Of a DNA stretch of 64,000 nt, positions 46,161-54,016 are shown in pieces. A model generated the notes under the pieces. The model made no database searches, was not told the DNA's origin, and saw only the letters and a program-made list of their open reading frames with translations. Each line of letters starts with the position of its first letter. Position 1 is the stretch's first letter. The stretch is from the sequence record NC_048821.1. One strand, written 5' to 3'. Both the position numbers and the translations under genes were made by a program.

Positions 46161-47129
46161 ATGGAACAAGCAAACAACAAAACCCTAGATCATCTTTCCA
46201 ATAAAGAAAAAGAATTATGGGAAAGGATTAACCAAGAGGTCCAGGGTAAAGCACACAGAGTCACTTTAAAACACTTATCTCAACTTTTCGGCATAGATAA
46301 GTCCATCATCTCTAAATTGATTGTTAAAGCGACAGACATGGGCTCTGTCCAATGGTTTGTGATCCAAAGAGAAAAAGCAGTACTCGACTTACTCAGAGAC
46401 CCCAACTTTGATCTGAATCAGTTGCATGTGAAGATGGGTTATGGGGACCCACGCAACCTTTGTGTTTATTTCCGTGAGAAATTCAAGTTCACCGTTTCCG
46501 AGATAACATACTTGCGCTCACTTGGTCTTTCTAAGGATTACCTAGAAAGCGAATTTGATAATGTTGATGAGTACTTAGCGTTTGAGATGATACGAATGAT
46601 ACAACGTGCTAAGGGAAAGATCAAAGTTAAAGAAGACCTACTAAATTTCTTTAGGTGCAGTCACACTTGGTTTTATCGAATTTGGAATAGTTACAACGGA
46701 CCAGAAAGTCCTTCTGAATTTATCTCCTTTACCCGAATTTCATGCATTAGAAAAGATTTCTTAAAAAGTAAGATGACTCCCAAGGAGTACTTCTTAAAGA
46801 ACGATCTTCCTTCTCATAACGTGGACTATATTCATAAAGTCCATTACGGAGTCACTTTCCGTTCTTGGGCAGGCAAGCAAGTTAAAGGGATCCCTAGACG
46901 CCGTAATAAAGGTTACGATGAACTTCTAGGTGAAGAGTGGTTGGAAGTTATAAAGCAACACATTACCGACTGGGAGATACGTATCGAAACGATAGCCAAA
47001 GAGATCAATTTACCTCCGCAAGCTATACGCAGCATTATCACTTATTATCGTAAACAAACTTATTTGGAATTCAAATATGATGTACTTGGTTCCAAACAAT
47101 CAAACTTAACTGTCGGGTCGTATGTATGA
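46161..47129 (+). CDS. protein with tandem AraC/XylS-type HTH modules
   Basis: TLKHLSQLFGIDKSIISKLI...REKAVLDLLRDPNFDLNQLHVKMGYGDPRNLCVYFREKFKFTVSE is a complete AraC double-HTH; two further degenerate modules follow. Confidence 0.7.
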   Translation: MEQANNKTLDHLSNKEKELWERINQEVQGKAHRVTLKHLSQLFGIDKSIISKLIVKATDMGSVQWFVIQREKAVLDLLRDPNFDLNQLHVKMGYGDPRNLCVYFREKFKFTVSEITYLRSLGLSKDYLESEFDNVDEYLAFEMIRMIQRAKGKIKVKEDLLNFFRCSHTWFYRIWNSYNGPESPSEFISFTRISCIRKDFLKSKMTPKEYFLKNDLPSHNVDYIHKVHYGVTFRSWAGKQVKGIPRRRNKGYDELLGEEWLEVIKQHITDWEIRIETIAKEINLPPQAIRSIITYYRKQTYLEFKYDVLGSKQSNLTVGSYV

Positions 47130-47153
47130 CGATAATTCAAAAGGAAACTTATC

Positions 47154-47678
47154 ATGCTTATTATCAACACCGATGGCTCCTGTGTGGGGGAATCCGGTGC
47201 CGGCCCTGCTGGGTACGGAATAGTAATACGTGAGGGAGAAGTAACCATAGAGTTGAGTGCGGGGTATCGACGCTCCACTAACAACCGTATGGAAATGCTT
47301 GCTACGATTGTGGCTCTGGAAGGTTTACCAAATAGGAGAAAAGTTAGCGTAACAACTGATTCTCAATATGTTAAACAAGGAATCGAACAATGGATTCATG
47401 GTTGGCGTAGACGAGGATGGAAACGTGCGGACGGTGGTCCTGTTAAAAACGTGGACCTTTGGAAACGACTTTATGACATGACTCGTTATCATGACGTGAC
47501 GTGGAATTGGGTTAAAGGTCACTCTGGGGATCCAGATAACGAACGTTGTGATACGTTAGCTCAAGAAGCAGCGCGTAACAATGCCACATTGGAAGATGAA
47601 GGGTATTTCACCTACAACGAGAACCTCCCTAAATTCACACCAGATAAATCCAGACAATGGTGGAGACACAAGCGATGA
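47154..47678 (+). CDS. rnhA: ribonuclease HI
   Basis: INTDGSC, TNNRME, TDSQY, WVKGHSG, NERCD: full catalytic set. Confidence 0.95.
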   Translation: MLIINTDGSCVGESGAGPAGYGIVIREGEVTIELSAGYRRSTNNRMEMLATIVALEGLPNRRKVSVTTDSQYVKQGIEQWIHGWRRRGWKRADGGPVKNVDLWKRLYDMTRYHDVTWNWVKGHSGDPDNERCDTLAQEAARNNATLEDEGYFTYNENLPKFTPDKSRQWWRHKR

Positions 47679-47995
47679 TCGACATGACCGAATCCAAAGA
47701 GATTCTGAAAAAGATTAAGGAAGCCTCAGAAAAAACATACAAAGACATGACGCCTTTGGAGGTGAGTGAATTTAATACTAACATTTCACAAAACCCTTTG
47801 GTCAACAGCATTGTACGTCACAACCTCATGACGAGACCCAACTATTCGCCGTACTGTGGTGGGATAGACGAGTGTGACCAAATGCCGAGAACTAACTACG
47901 TGAACGGACAGTTCGAATGCCCGACGTGTGGTTGGCGTAGTAGCTTCCCAGAACCTTTCATGAAGATCTATCGAACCCATTGGGGGCTCGACTAA
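47657..47995 (+). CDS. small zinc-ribbon protein
   Basis: CGGIDEC and CPTC pairs. Confidence 0.55.
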   Translation: MVETQAMIDMTESKEILKKIKEASEKTYKDMTPLEVSEFNTNISQNPLVNSIVRHNLMTRPNYSPYCGGIDECDQMPRTNYVNGQFECPTCGWRSSFPEPFMKIYRTHWGLD

Positions 47996-47999
47996 CAGT

Positions 48000-48020
48000 A
48001 GGAGCTTCGGCTCCTCTTTT
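48000..48020 (+). terminator. UUCG hairpin terminator
   Basis: AGGAGC-TTCG-GCTCCT followed by CTTTTATTT. Confidence 0.65.
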
Positions 48021-48056
48021 ATTTGCTTATTGAATATTTAACCGAGAGTTATAACC

Positions 48057-48527
48057 ATGACTAAAGAAGTAAGAAAGGAAAAAGGTTACGTTAGTGTTGA
48101 TTTAGCTTACCACCAATGTGGGGTTATCCGTGACATGTTGGTCAGTCAGAACATCACACCTATTGACCAAGGGAAGTTTCATTGTACTATCGCATTTGAT
48201 AAGGATTTGATTGACAATGCCTTAGAGCCTAAACTTGATCCAAGTAAAGTTTTTGAAGCGAAAGTGATTGGTGTGGAACTTATGGGGAAAGTGAAGGAAG
48301 GTTTGCAAAGTGCGGTAGCACTTACCTTAGAATCCAGCGATTTGACCGAAGAGCATTATAACTGGATGTCTCTGGGTTATGAGCACAACTGGCCCGACTA
48401 CATCCCGCACATGAGTGTGGCTTACGATGTCCCGGTAGAAGAAGCAGAGCGTTTAGTGGATATCCTGCAACCTTTTGTGGGTCAAACTTTCTACTTTAAC
48501 AATCTAACCGAAGAACCAATCAAGTAA
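48057..48527 (+). CDS. acb1: 2H phosphoesterase, Acb1 (T4 gp57B)-like anti-CBASS nuclease
   Basis: GYVSV, KFHCTIAFD, HNWPDYIPHMSVAYDV and terminal EEPIK parallel T4 Acb1 GLYVA, KIHSTICYS, HDFDDYTPHITLSYNV and KEPLK (recalled sequence). Confidence 0.75.
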   Translation: MTKEVRKEKGYVSVDLAYHQCGVIRDMLVSQNITPIDQGKFHCTIAFDKDLIDNALEPKLDPSKVFEAKVIGVELMGKVKEGLQSAVALTLESSDLTEEHYNWMSLGYEHNWPDYIPHMSVAYDVPVEEAERLVDILQPFVGQTFYFNNLTEEPIK

Positions 48528-48548
48528 AAGTGGGAACAGAACAAAATC

Positions 48549-49196
48549 ATGAGTAAGAAAAACAAAGGCACACGCAGAGGTGTCCAAATTAAAGGTCGCC
48601 AGCAACGTCTGACCAAGCTAAACCAATACACTATCGCTAATACGGTAAAAGAGATCAGCGATCATTTCTATTTCTTTGGTAGTCATGCTCATCAGCTCAG
48701 TACTATGGACTGGGCTCCTAAGCTATTGAAGTTAAAACAATCCAAAGATCGTCAAGTTGCAATAAAGGCGCTGATCACGTTGTTGAGTGAACCTTCTCCT
48801 TGGCAACTGTTTTTATTCGTCGGTGTGGATACCGGAGAAACTGTAGAAGTATTTTCTTACTTACAAGAATTCAAGAATGAGACACATGTTAAAATAGCTA
48901 CTCCTTGTGGTGAATTCATTACCGAGTGTTTAAATGGAGTTAAGCGCAATATTCTTAACGAAAAAGAATACAAAGGTACACAGTTAAAGTCAACTCACAA
49001 GGTATGCGGGTTTGGGTATTATCTGTTTAACTCCGATGAATATAACCTCGACGCAGCGGAAGACTCCATAGCAGACTCGCTGTACGAGACAGGTGTCTTC
49101 GATCATCCGTTTGATGAGAACGATTACGTCACCATCAAACCATCTCATTTCACTGAGCTGTTCACAAGACAAGAACTCAAAACTATTAAGGGTTAA
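48549..49196 (+). CDS. hypothetical protein with basic N-terminus
   Basis: 215 aa, MSKKNKGTRRGVQIKGRQQR. Confidence 0.65.
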   Translation: MSKKNKGTRRGVQIKGRQQRLTKLNQYTIANTVKEISDHFYFFGSHAHQLSTMDWAPKLLKLKQSKDRQVAIKALITLLSEPSPWQLFLFVGVDTGETVEVFSYLQEFKNETHVKIATPCGEFITECLNGVKRNILNEKEYKGTQLKSTHKVCGFGYYLFNSDEYNLDAAEDSIADSLYETGVFDHPFDENDYVTIKPSHFTELFTRQELKTIKG

Positions 49197-49198
49197 TT

Positions 49199-50356
49199 AT
49201 GAAACATTTTATCGACGCACTAGAACAAGTGGTAATTGCAGGCAATGAAAGCAATGGAGATCATTATGCGTTGCATTGGCATCATAAGTTCGATATTAAC
49301 AAAGAAGGTTACTTACCACAGTGGTCAGCAATCGCCAAGACTCCTGGGGTGGACGTTGCCATTAAAGAACTGGAGTGGGTGTTGAGTCAAGATAGCTCAT
49401 TGGACATTTTACATGACGCTGGCTTGAACCACCGTGATTACATGGCTGTGGAAGAAGATGTCATGTATCTCCGTAATTATACTTTCGATGAGCGTGTGGA
49501 AAAAGCCAAACAACGTTTCTTTGAAGCTGGTGTGATTTTGGAGGACACCGATGCACTCAAGTCAGCTTTCCTAGATAACGGTATGATGGATAAACATCTT
49601 ACTTTGGGTGGATGTATGGCTGCGATGGGACTACCTGAAGCAGCAGAAGAAGTGGTGGTCAAGAAAGGTGAGATCGGATTAAGTCAAGGTAAGGCATTCC
49701 AGACACCAACCAGTACCGGTGTAATTTTGTTCCACGCACCTGAGTTACTTCCAGAACCAACACACTCCATAGCAGAGGCCGCTGGAGAAGGTCGCTACAT
49801 TAATACACCTAAACAAATCCAGATGAGCTTCTTGCAAAATGAAATCCCGGTAGATCGTCGCATTGAGATCATGCATTCTCGCGGGGAGAATCAAGCAACA
49901 AAACTCATCACTGGTATCGTTAATGACCTGCCTTACAAAGATTTGGTGGAGTTGGGTCTGGATATGAGCGAAGAAGATTACGACTTGGTAGACCGTGGTA
50001 ATGTCATCACCGACATGTTAACCACGATACACGTTCCGCGCTTTGAACTCCATACCCGTTTGATGTTATCAACACTATCTCCCCTAAAAGAGTATTCAAC
50101 CGAAGTACTGCCTTACATGCTTTATGCGGAACAGGTAGCACTTAAAACTAACATGATCAACACGTCCTTTACGTTGGATGTCGATTACTTGTTGTTGGAT
50201 AAAGAAACTCTGGGTATGCTGATTAAAATCAAAGAGTCCGAGTTAGACTACACTAAAGTAGGTAAAGTGCAACTACAGCGTCCCGGCAACCTAAGTATTG
50301 TCGACGTCCCTTTGACTAAAGAAGAAGTCAAGACCTTCGATTACATCGGTCTCTAA
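49199..50356 (+). CDS. thymidylate-synthase-fold protein, apparently catalytically dead
   Basis: collinear with ThyA (MKHFIDALEQVVIAG, KELEWVLSQDS, GEIGLSQGKAFQ, LHTRLML, YMLYAEQVA) but with no DRTG, RR, PCH, RSxD, N177 or HxY motif. Confidence 0.7.
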   Translation: MKHFIDALEQVVIAGNESNGDHYALHWHHKFDINKEGYLPQWSAIAKTPGVDVAIKELEWVLSQDSSLDILHDAGLNHRDYMAVEEDVMYLRNYTFDERVEKAKQRFFEAGVILEDTDALKSAFLDNGMMDKHLTLGGCMAAMGLPEAAEEVVVKKGEIGLSQGKAFQTPTSTGVILFHAPELLPEPTHSIAEAAGEGRYINTPKQIQMSFLQNEIPVDRRIEIMHSRGENQATKLITGIVNDLPYKDLVELGLDMSEEDYDLVDRGNVITDMLTTIHVPRFELHTRLMLSTLSPLKEYSTEVLPYMLYAEQVALKTNMINTSFTLDVDYLLLDKETLGMLIKIKESELDYTKVGKVQLQRPGNLSIVDVPLTKEEVKTFDYIGL

Positions 50357-50360
50357 AAGA

Positions 50361-50387
50361 ATACAACTCTATATTACTTGAGTGTAC
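50361..50387 (+). promoter_or_regulatory. early promoter candidate
   Basis: ATACAACTCTATATTACTTGAGTGTAC containing exact TATATTAC; upstream of the chaperonin. Confidence 0.6.
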
Positions 50388-50427
50388 TAACCACCTATTA
50401 ATAAAACCTTTCATGAGGAATTAAAAC

Positions 50428-51987
50428 ATGTTATACCAAGCTTCTGAAACTACCACTATCAAAGATGAAGTTGTTAGAAAAGTTACCGGAACCGTTATCT
50501 CCACGATGGGTCCCGATGGTAAATTTGTGTTATGTGACAAAAGCGGTATCCCACATCCCACTAAAGATGGTGTGACCGCAGCGAAAGCCATGCGCTTCGA
50601 TGAACCACCAAAGGACTTGATCGCGTCGATGATCGCCGAGTGCTGTCTGCGCACCGACAAGATTTGTGGTGACGGAACCACCACTACTGCTTTCTTATTG
50701 CGTGAGATTTACAATCGCTTCAAGTTTAAATGTGATTTCCGTAATAAGAAGTTGATCAATAAGTACTCTCAAGAAATCGTAGGCATTTTAAAACAATTGT
50801 CTGTCCAAGTTAACATCGATTCAGATTTACTGCGTCAAGTTATGATGACTACCAGTAATAACGACGAACGTATCGTTGACAAAGTTCTAGAGATCTACGC
50901 CGAGCATCCACACTTGCCGGATTTAGATTTACGTGAAGCAAATGACGACAAGGACCAAATTCAATCCAACACGGGTTGTAGTTGGCCGGGTGGTTTTGGG
51001 TCTCCTGAGTTCTCTAACCTAGGTACTGGTGCGCCAGAACACTTTGACCAAAAAGACCAATATCGACCAATCTTACTTTCAGGTGAATTGAACGGGTTGG
51101 CTGATAAAGCAAGTTTGGATAAGTTTATTGGTTACACCAAAGAGTATGTTGCAGCTGGCGGTACGTACTTAATCTTTTGTCGTAGCACCGAGGGTGTGAG
51201 CGAAAATGCCATTAAAGCGATGAACTCACATGTAGGTCGTATCGCGTACAAAGTGGTGACTATCCGTGCAGCTGGTTCTTCTGGTGTTTCACTAATGAAT
51301 GACATTGCAACAGTCATGGGTGCTAAGATGTACACTGAGTTGGTAGCTGACCATCCTGAGTACCGTGTGGCTAAAGAGTACCCTATTGTCCATATCTCCA
51401 GTGCGGCGGTTACGATTGTAGGGTTTTCTGAAGAACATGACAAACAACTGGATGCGGCGATCAAAGAGGTGAACCGTACCTTAGCTGATCTAAACGTGGA
51501 TCAACGTCATTCAGCATTAGGTCGCATCGTTGAATCTCGCTTGCGTATTTTATCTGGCGGTTCCGTAACACTTTATGTGGGTGGTTTGACTGAGTCTGAC
51601 ATTCGTGAACGTAAAGACCGTTTTGAAGACGTTGGTCGCGTTTGTAAATCTGCGCTCCGTAATGGTGTATTGCAAGGTTGTGGTTACTCATTGGTAATGG
51701 CATCTAAAATCTTAGAAGCTAAATACCCTAAGTGTGACATCGCTCAAGACTTTGTTTCTATTCTGAAGCAGCAAACACAATATCTGATGAAAACAGATTA
51801 CGTGGATGGTATGACTTTCGTTAACCTAGCAACAGGGGAAGAAGGTAAAGAGCCAGGTGAGATCGGTATCTGGGATGCGGCGTTAGCGACGATCACTGCA
51901 TTAGAAGCAGCGGTTTCTATGGCTATTATGTTGATCGACACTGACTCTATGATTCTTAACTCACGCCTTAGTGAACTTCGTTTCTAA
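50428..51987 (+). CDS. groEL: GroEL-like chaperonin (EL gp146-type)
   Basis: STMGPDG, TKDGVTAAK, GDGTTTT, YVGGLTESDIRERKDRFED, GVLQGCG. Confidence 0.92.
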   Translation: MLYQASETTTIKDEVVRKVTGTVISTMGPDGKFVLCDKSGIPHPTKDGVTAAKAMRFDEPPKDLIASMIAECCLRTDKICGDGTTTTAFLLREIYNRFKFKCDFRNKKLINKYSQEIVGILKQLSVQVNIDSDLLRQVMMTTSNNDERIVDKVLEIYAEHPHLPDLDLREANDDKDQIQSNTGCSWPGGFGSPEFSNLGTGAPEHFDQKDQYRPILLSGELNGLADKASLDKFIGYTKEYVAAGGTYLIFCRSTEGVSENAIKAMNSHVGRIAYKVVTIRAAGSSGVSLMNDIATVMGAKMYTELVADHPEYRVAKEYPIVHISSAAVTIVGFSEEHDKQLDAAIKEVNRTLADLNVDQRHSALGRIVESRLRILSGGSVTLYVGGLTESDIRERKDRFEDVGRVCKSALRNGVLQGCGYSLVMASKILEAKYPKCDIAQDFVSILKQQTQYLMKTDYVDGMTFVNLATGEEGKEPGEIGIWDAALATITALEAAVSMAIMLIDTDSMILNSRLSELRF

Positions 51988-51996
51988 ATAAAAAGA

Positions 51997-52024
51997 TATG
52001 TGGACTCCTACGGGGGTCCACATA
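51997..52024 (+). terminator. hairpin terminator after the chaperonin
   Basis: TATGTGGACTCC-TACG-GGGGTCCACATA. Confidence 0.7.
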
Positions 52025-52054
52025 CTTTAGATCATTATTTTTTTAAGGTAATCT

Positions 52055-52429
52055 ATGTTAAAGAAACTTTACTTATGGTTACGTGAAAAGGTGGCGGGTG
52101 AGGAACTAAGAGAATTAGCTGAGTTGAAGAAAAGACTTGGTGAGGCACGTTCCTATATGCGGGAAGACCCAAGAGTGGTCGACACGGTTGATTGGATAAG
52201 TGGTAAGAACAAATCCGACATCCGAGGCTTCCGTGACCACTATCGTTTTAAATACACCGCCATAGCTCGTTCGTTACCTAATTTAAAATACTCCCGGGAA
52301 GAACTGATCAAGTCTCAACCCAAGTATTACCGAACACGCGATACCTCTGAATTAACTTCCGGGTCACCTAGCCTGACTATCAACGATGAACTCGGTTCAT
52401 CCAATGTCGTCCCGTTCCCAAGGGATTGA
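52055..52429 (+). CDS. hypothetical protein (paralog of 52458..52937)
   Basis: shared N-terminal ~65-aa domain. Confidence 0.65.
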   Translation: MLKKLYLWLREKVAGEELRELAELKKRLGEARSYMREDPRVVDTVDWISGKNKSDIRGFRDHYRFKYTAIARSLPNLKYSREELIKSQPKYYRTRDTSELTSGSPSLTINDELGSSNVVPFPRD

Positions 52430-52457
52430 GTTATAAATAAAAAAGAAAGGAATAAAC

Positions 52458-52937
52458 ATGAACTGGTTTAAACGTTTTATTAAACTTAAAGTAGCGAAAA
52501 AAGAAATCCAACGTTTATGGGTTTTGGAACAACGTATCCGAGATATGGAAGCTTGGCTATCTACGGAACCTAAGTTAGTGCGTGCCGCTGAGTGGTTAAA
52601 GGAAAAAGATAACCCGAAATCGATCTCAGACTTCCGAACTCAGTTTGAAGCAGAGTTTGGTAGCAATCGCACGGTACAACATAGACAACAAGCAAACTCC
52701 CCTAAGCGTAGTACGCCAAGCCAAACGCTAAGAAACAACCCATCCCGTACAAGACACGACCAAGACCACCTCGGAACCGTAGTAACTCAGCACCAACATC
52801 ATCACTACCACGATGAGAGTACTTGCCACTCCAATACTCGAAGTGAGTGTGATCGTTCACCTGAACCAACTCCTGTTCGTGATGAACCATCTGGGTCTTG
52901 TAACAACCAATCAAGTATGGACACGTCTTATGATTAA
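52458..52937 (+). CDS. hypothetical protein with disordered His/Ser-rich tail
   Basis: AAGGAAT RBS; N-terminus parallels 52055..52429. Confidence 0.65.
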   Translation: MNWFKRFIKLKVAKKEIQRLWVLEQRIRDMEAWLSTEPKLVRAAEWLKEKDNPKSISDFRTQFEAEFGSNRTVQHRQQANSPKRSTPSQTLRNNPSRTRHDQDHLGTVVTQHQHHHYHDESTCHSNTRSECDRSPEPTPVRDEPSGSCNNQSSMDTSYD

Positions 52938-53232
52938 CATGGAAATGGTTTTTAATAGGTTAGGGTTAAAGGGTGCTTATGATGTACTCAATAACGATCG
53001 TGACTTATTCCGAATAGTAATAATCATTACCGTTGGTAATGTCTTTCATGTTTGTGGACTTCCTTCAGTGAAAGGAGGTTTGGCAATAGGAATACTGTAC
53101 GGCTTGGCAGTTGCTTCTTTTGTGACTCGACCTTACGAACCAGATAGCAATTGGTTTACCATGGGAAGAATCATCGGGTCCTTTATAGCAGGTCTAGGTA
53201 TTTGGCATTTCTTGGATTGGGTGTTATATTGA
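52930..53232 (+). CDS. small multi-TM membrane protein
   Basis: ATG 52930 overlapping the upstream stop; three hydrophobic segments. Confidence 0.5.
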   Translation: MINMEMVFNRLGLKGAYDVLNNDRDLFRIVIIITVGNVFHVCGLPSVKGGLAIGILYGLAVASFVTRPYEPDSNWFTMGRIIGSFIAGLGIWHFLDWVLY

Positions 53233-53369
53233 ACAAAACAACTTATTGGGCCCTGAATTGTATCGGGGCCTTCGTCTTTGTTGGAGTGGTGGTGATGGGT
53301 CTCATCATCGCTCCTTTCTTTTTTATTTATCGACAACTAACTAAAACGAAAAAGGCAACACATGTCTAA
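53229..53369 (+). CDS. single-TM small protein
   Basis: TTG overlapping the upstream TGA; CIGAFVFVGVVVMGLIIAPFFFIY then basic tail. Confidence 0.35.
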   Translation: MNKTTYWALNCIGAFVFVGVVVMGLIIAPFFFIYRQLTKTKKATHV

Positions 53370-53958
53370 AATTTATTTTTATACAAGTGCGATGTCTTCT
53401 GGTAAAACAACTACAGCCATCCAAACGGCTTACAATTACCAAGAGCGCGGTATGACACCTTATGTCTTAAAACCGGTGGTTGATACTCGAGACGGTTGCC
53501 CTCGTACTTTAACCAGTCGCAGTGGTGCTAAATGGGATAACTGCATTCCTTTCCCTAAAGAAGGGATGGGTGAAATGGAACTTTGGTTACGTAACCCGGA
53601 TCAGCGTCCAGATGTCATCATTATTGATGAAGTCCAGTTTATTAGTGAAGAACAAATCGCGGGATTGGCGGAGTTAACCCGTGAACTCGGAATTCCTTTG
53701 TTGTGTTACGGACTGCGTAATAACTTCCAGGGTGGTGGATTCCCTGCGAGTGATTGGTTGTTGAGACATGCTTCTAGCATCAACATTGTGAAGGGAATGT
53801 GTTGGTGCGGTAAGAACGCGACACATAACTTAATGGTGGTTGACGGGAAACCTTATTACGGAGCTCCTGGTGAATCCACCGTAGTAGTGGGTGGTAACGA
53901 AACTTACCATGCGGTGTGTTTCACCCACTTTAAGTCGGGAACTCACAAAAAGTCTTAA
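53362..53958 (+). CDS. tdk: thymidine kinase
   Basis: AMSSGKTT P-loop, IIIDEVQF, YGLRNNFQG, CWCG and YHAVC zinc ligands. Confidence 0.93.
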   Translation: MSKIYFYTSAMSSGKTTTAIQTAYNYQERGMTPYVLKPVVDTRDGCPRTLTSRSGAKWDNCIPFPKEGMGEMELWLRNPDQRPDVIIIDEVQFISEEQIAGLAELTRELGIPLLCYGLRNNFQGGGFPASDWLLRHASSINIVKGMCWCGKNATHNLMVVDGKPYYGAPGESTVVVGGNETYHAVCFTHFKSGTHKKS

Positions 53959-54016
53959 CACTCCGGAATGCTATGGAGGTTCATGAGGAACCTCTTTAGT
54001 TAATCAAGGAGATGCC

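Noticed and set aside
49199-50356. dUMP/dCMP hydroxymethylase implying modified DNA
   Set aside because: Those enzymes keep the catalytic Cys and phosphate-binding arginines, which are missing here.
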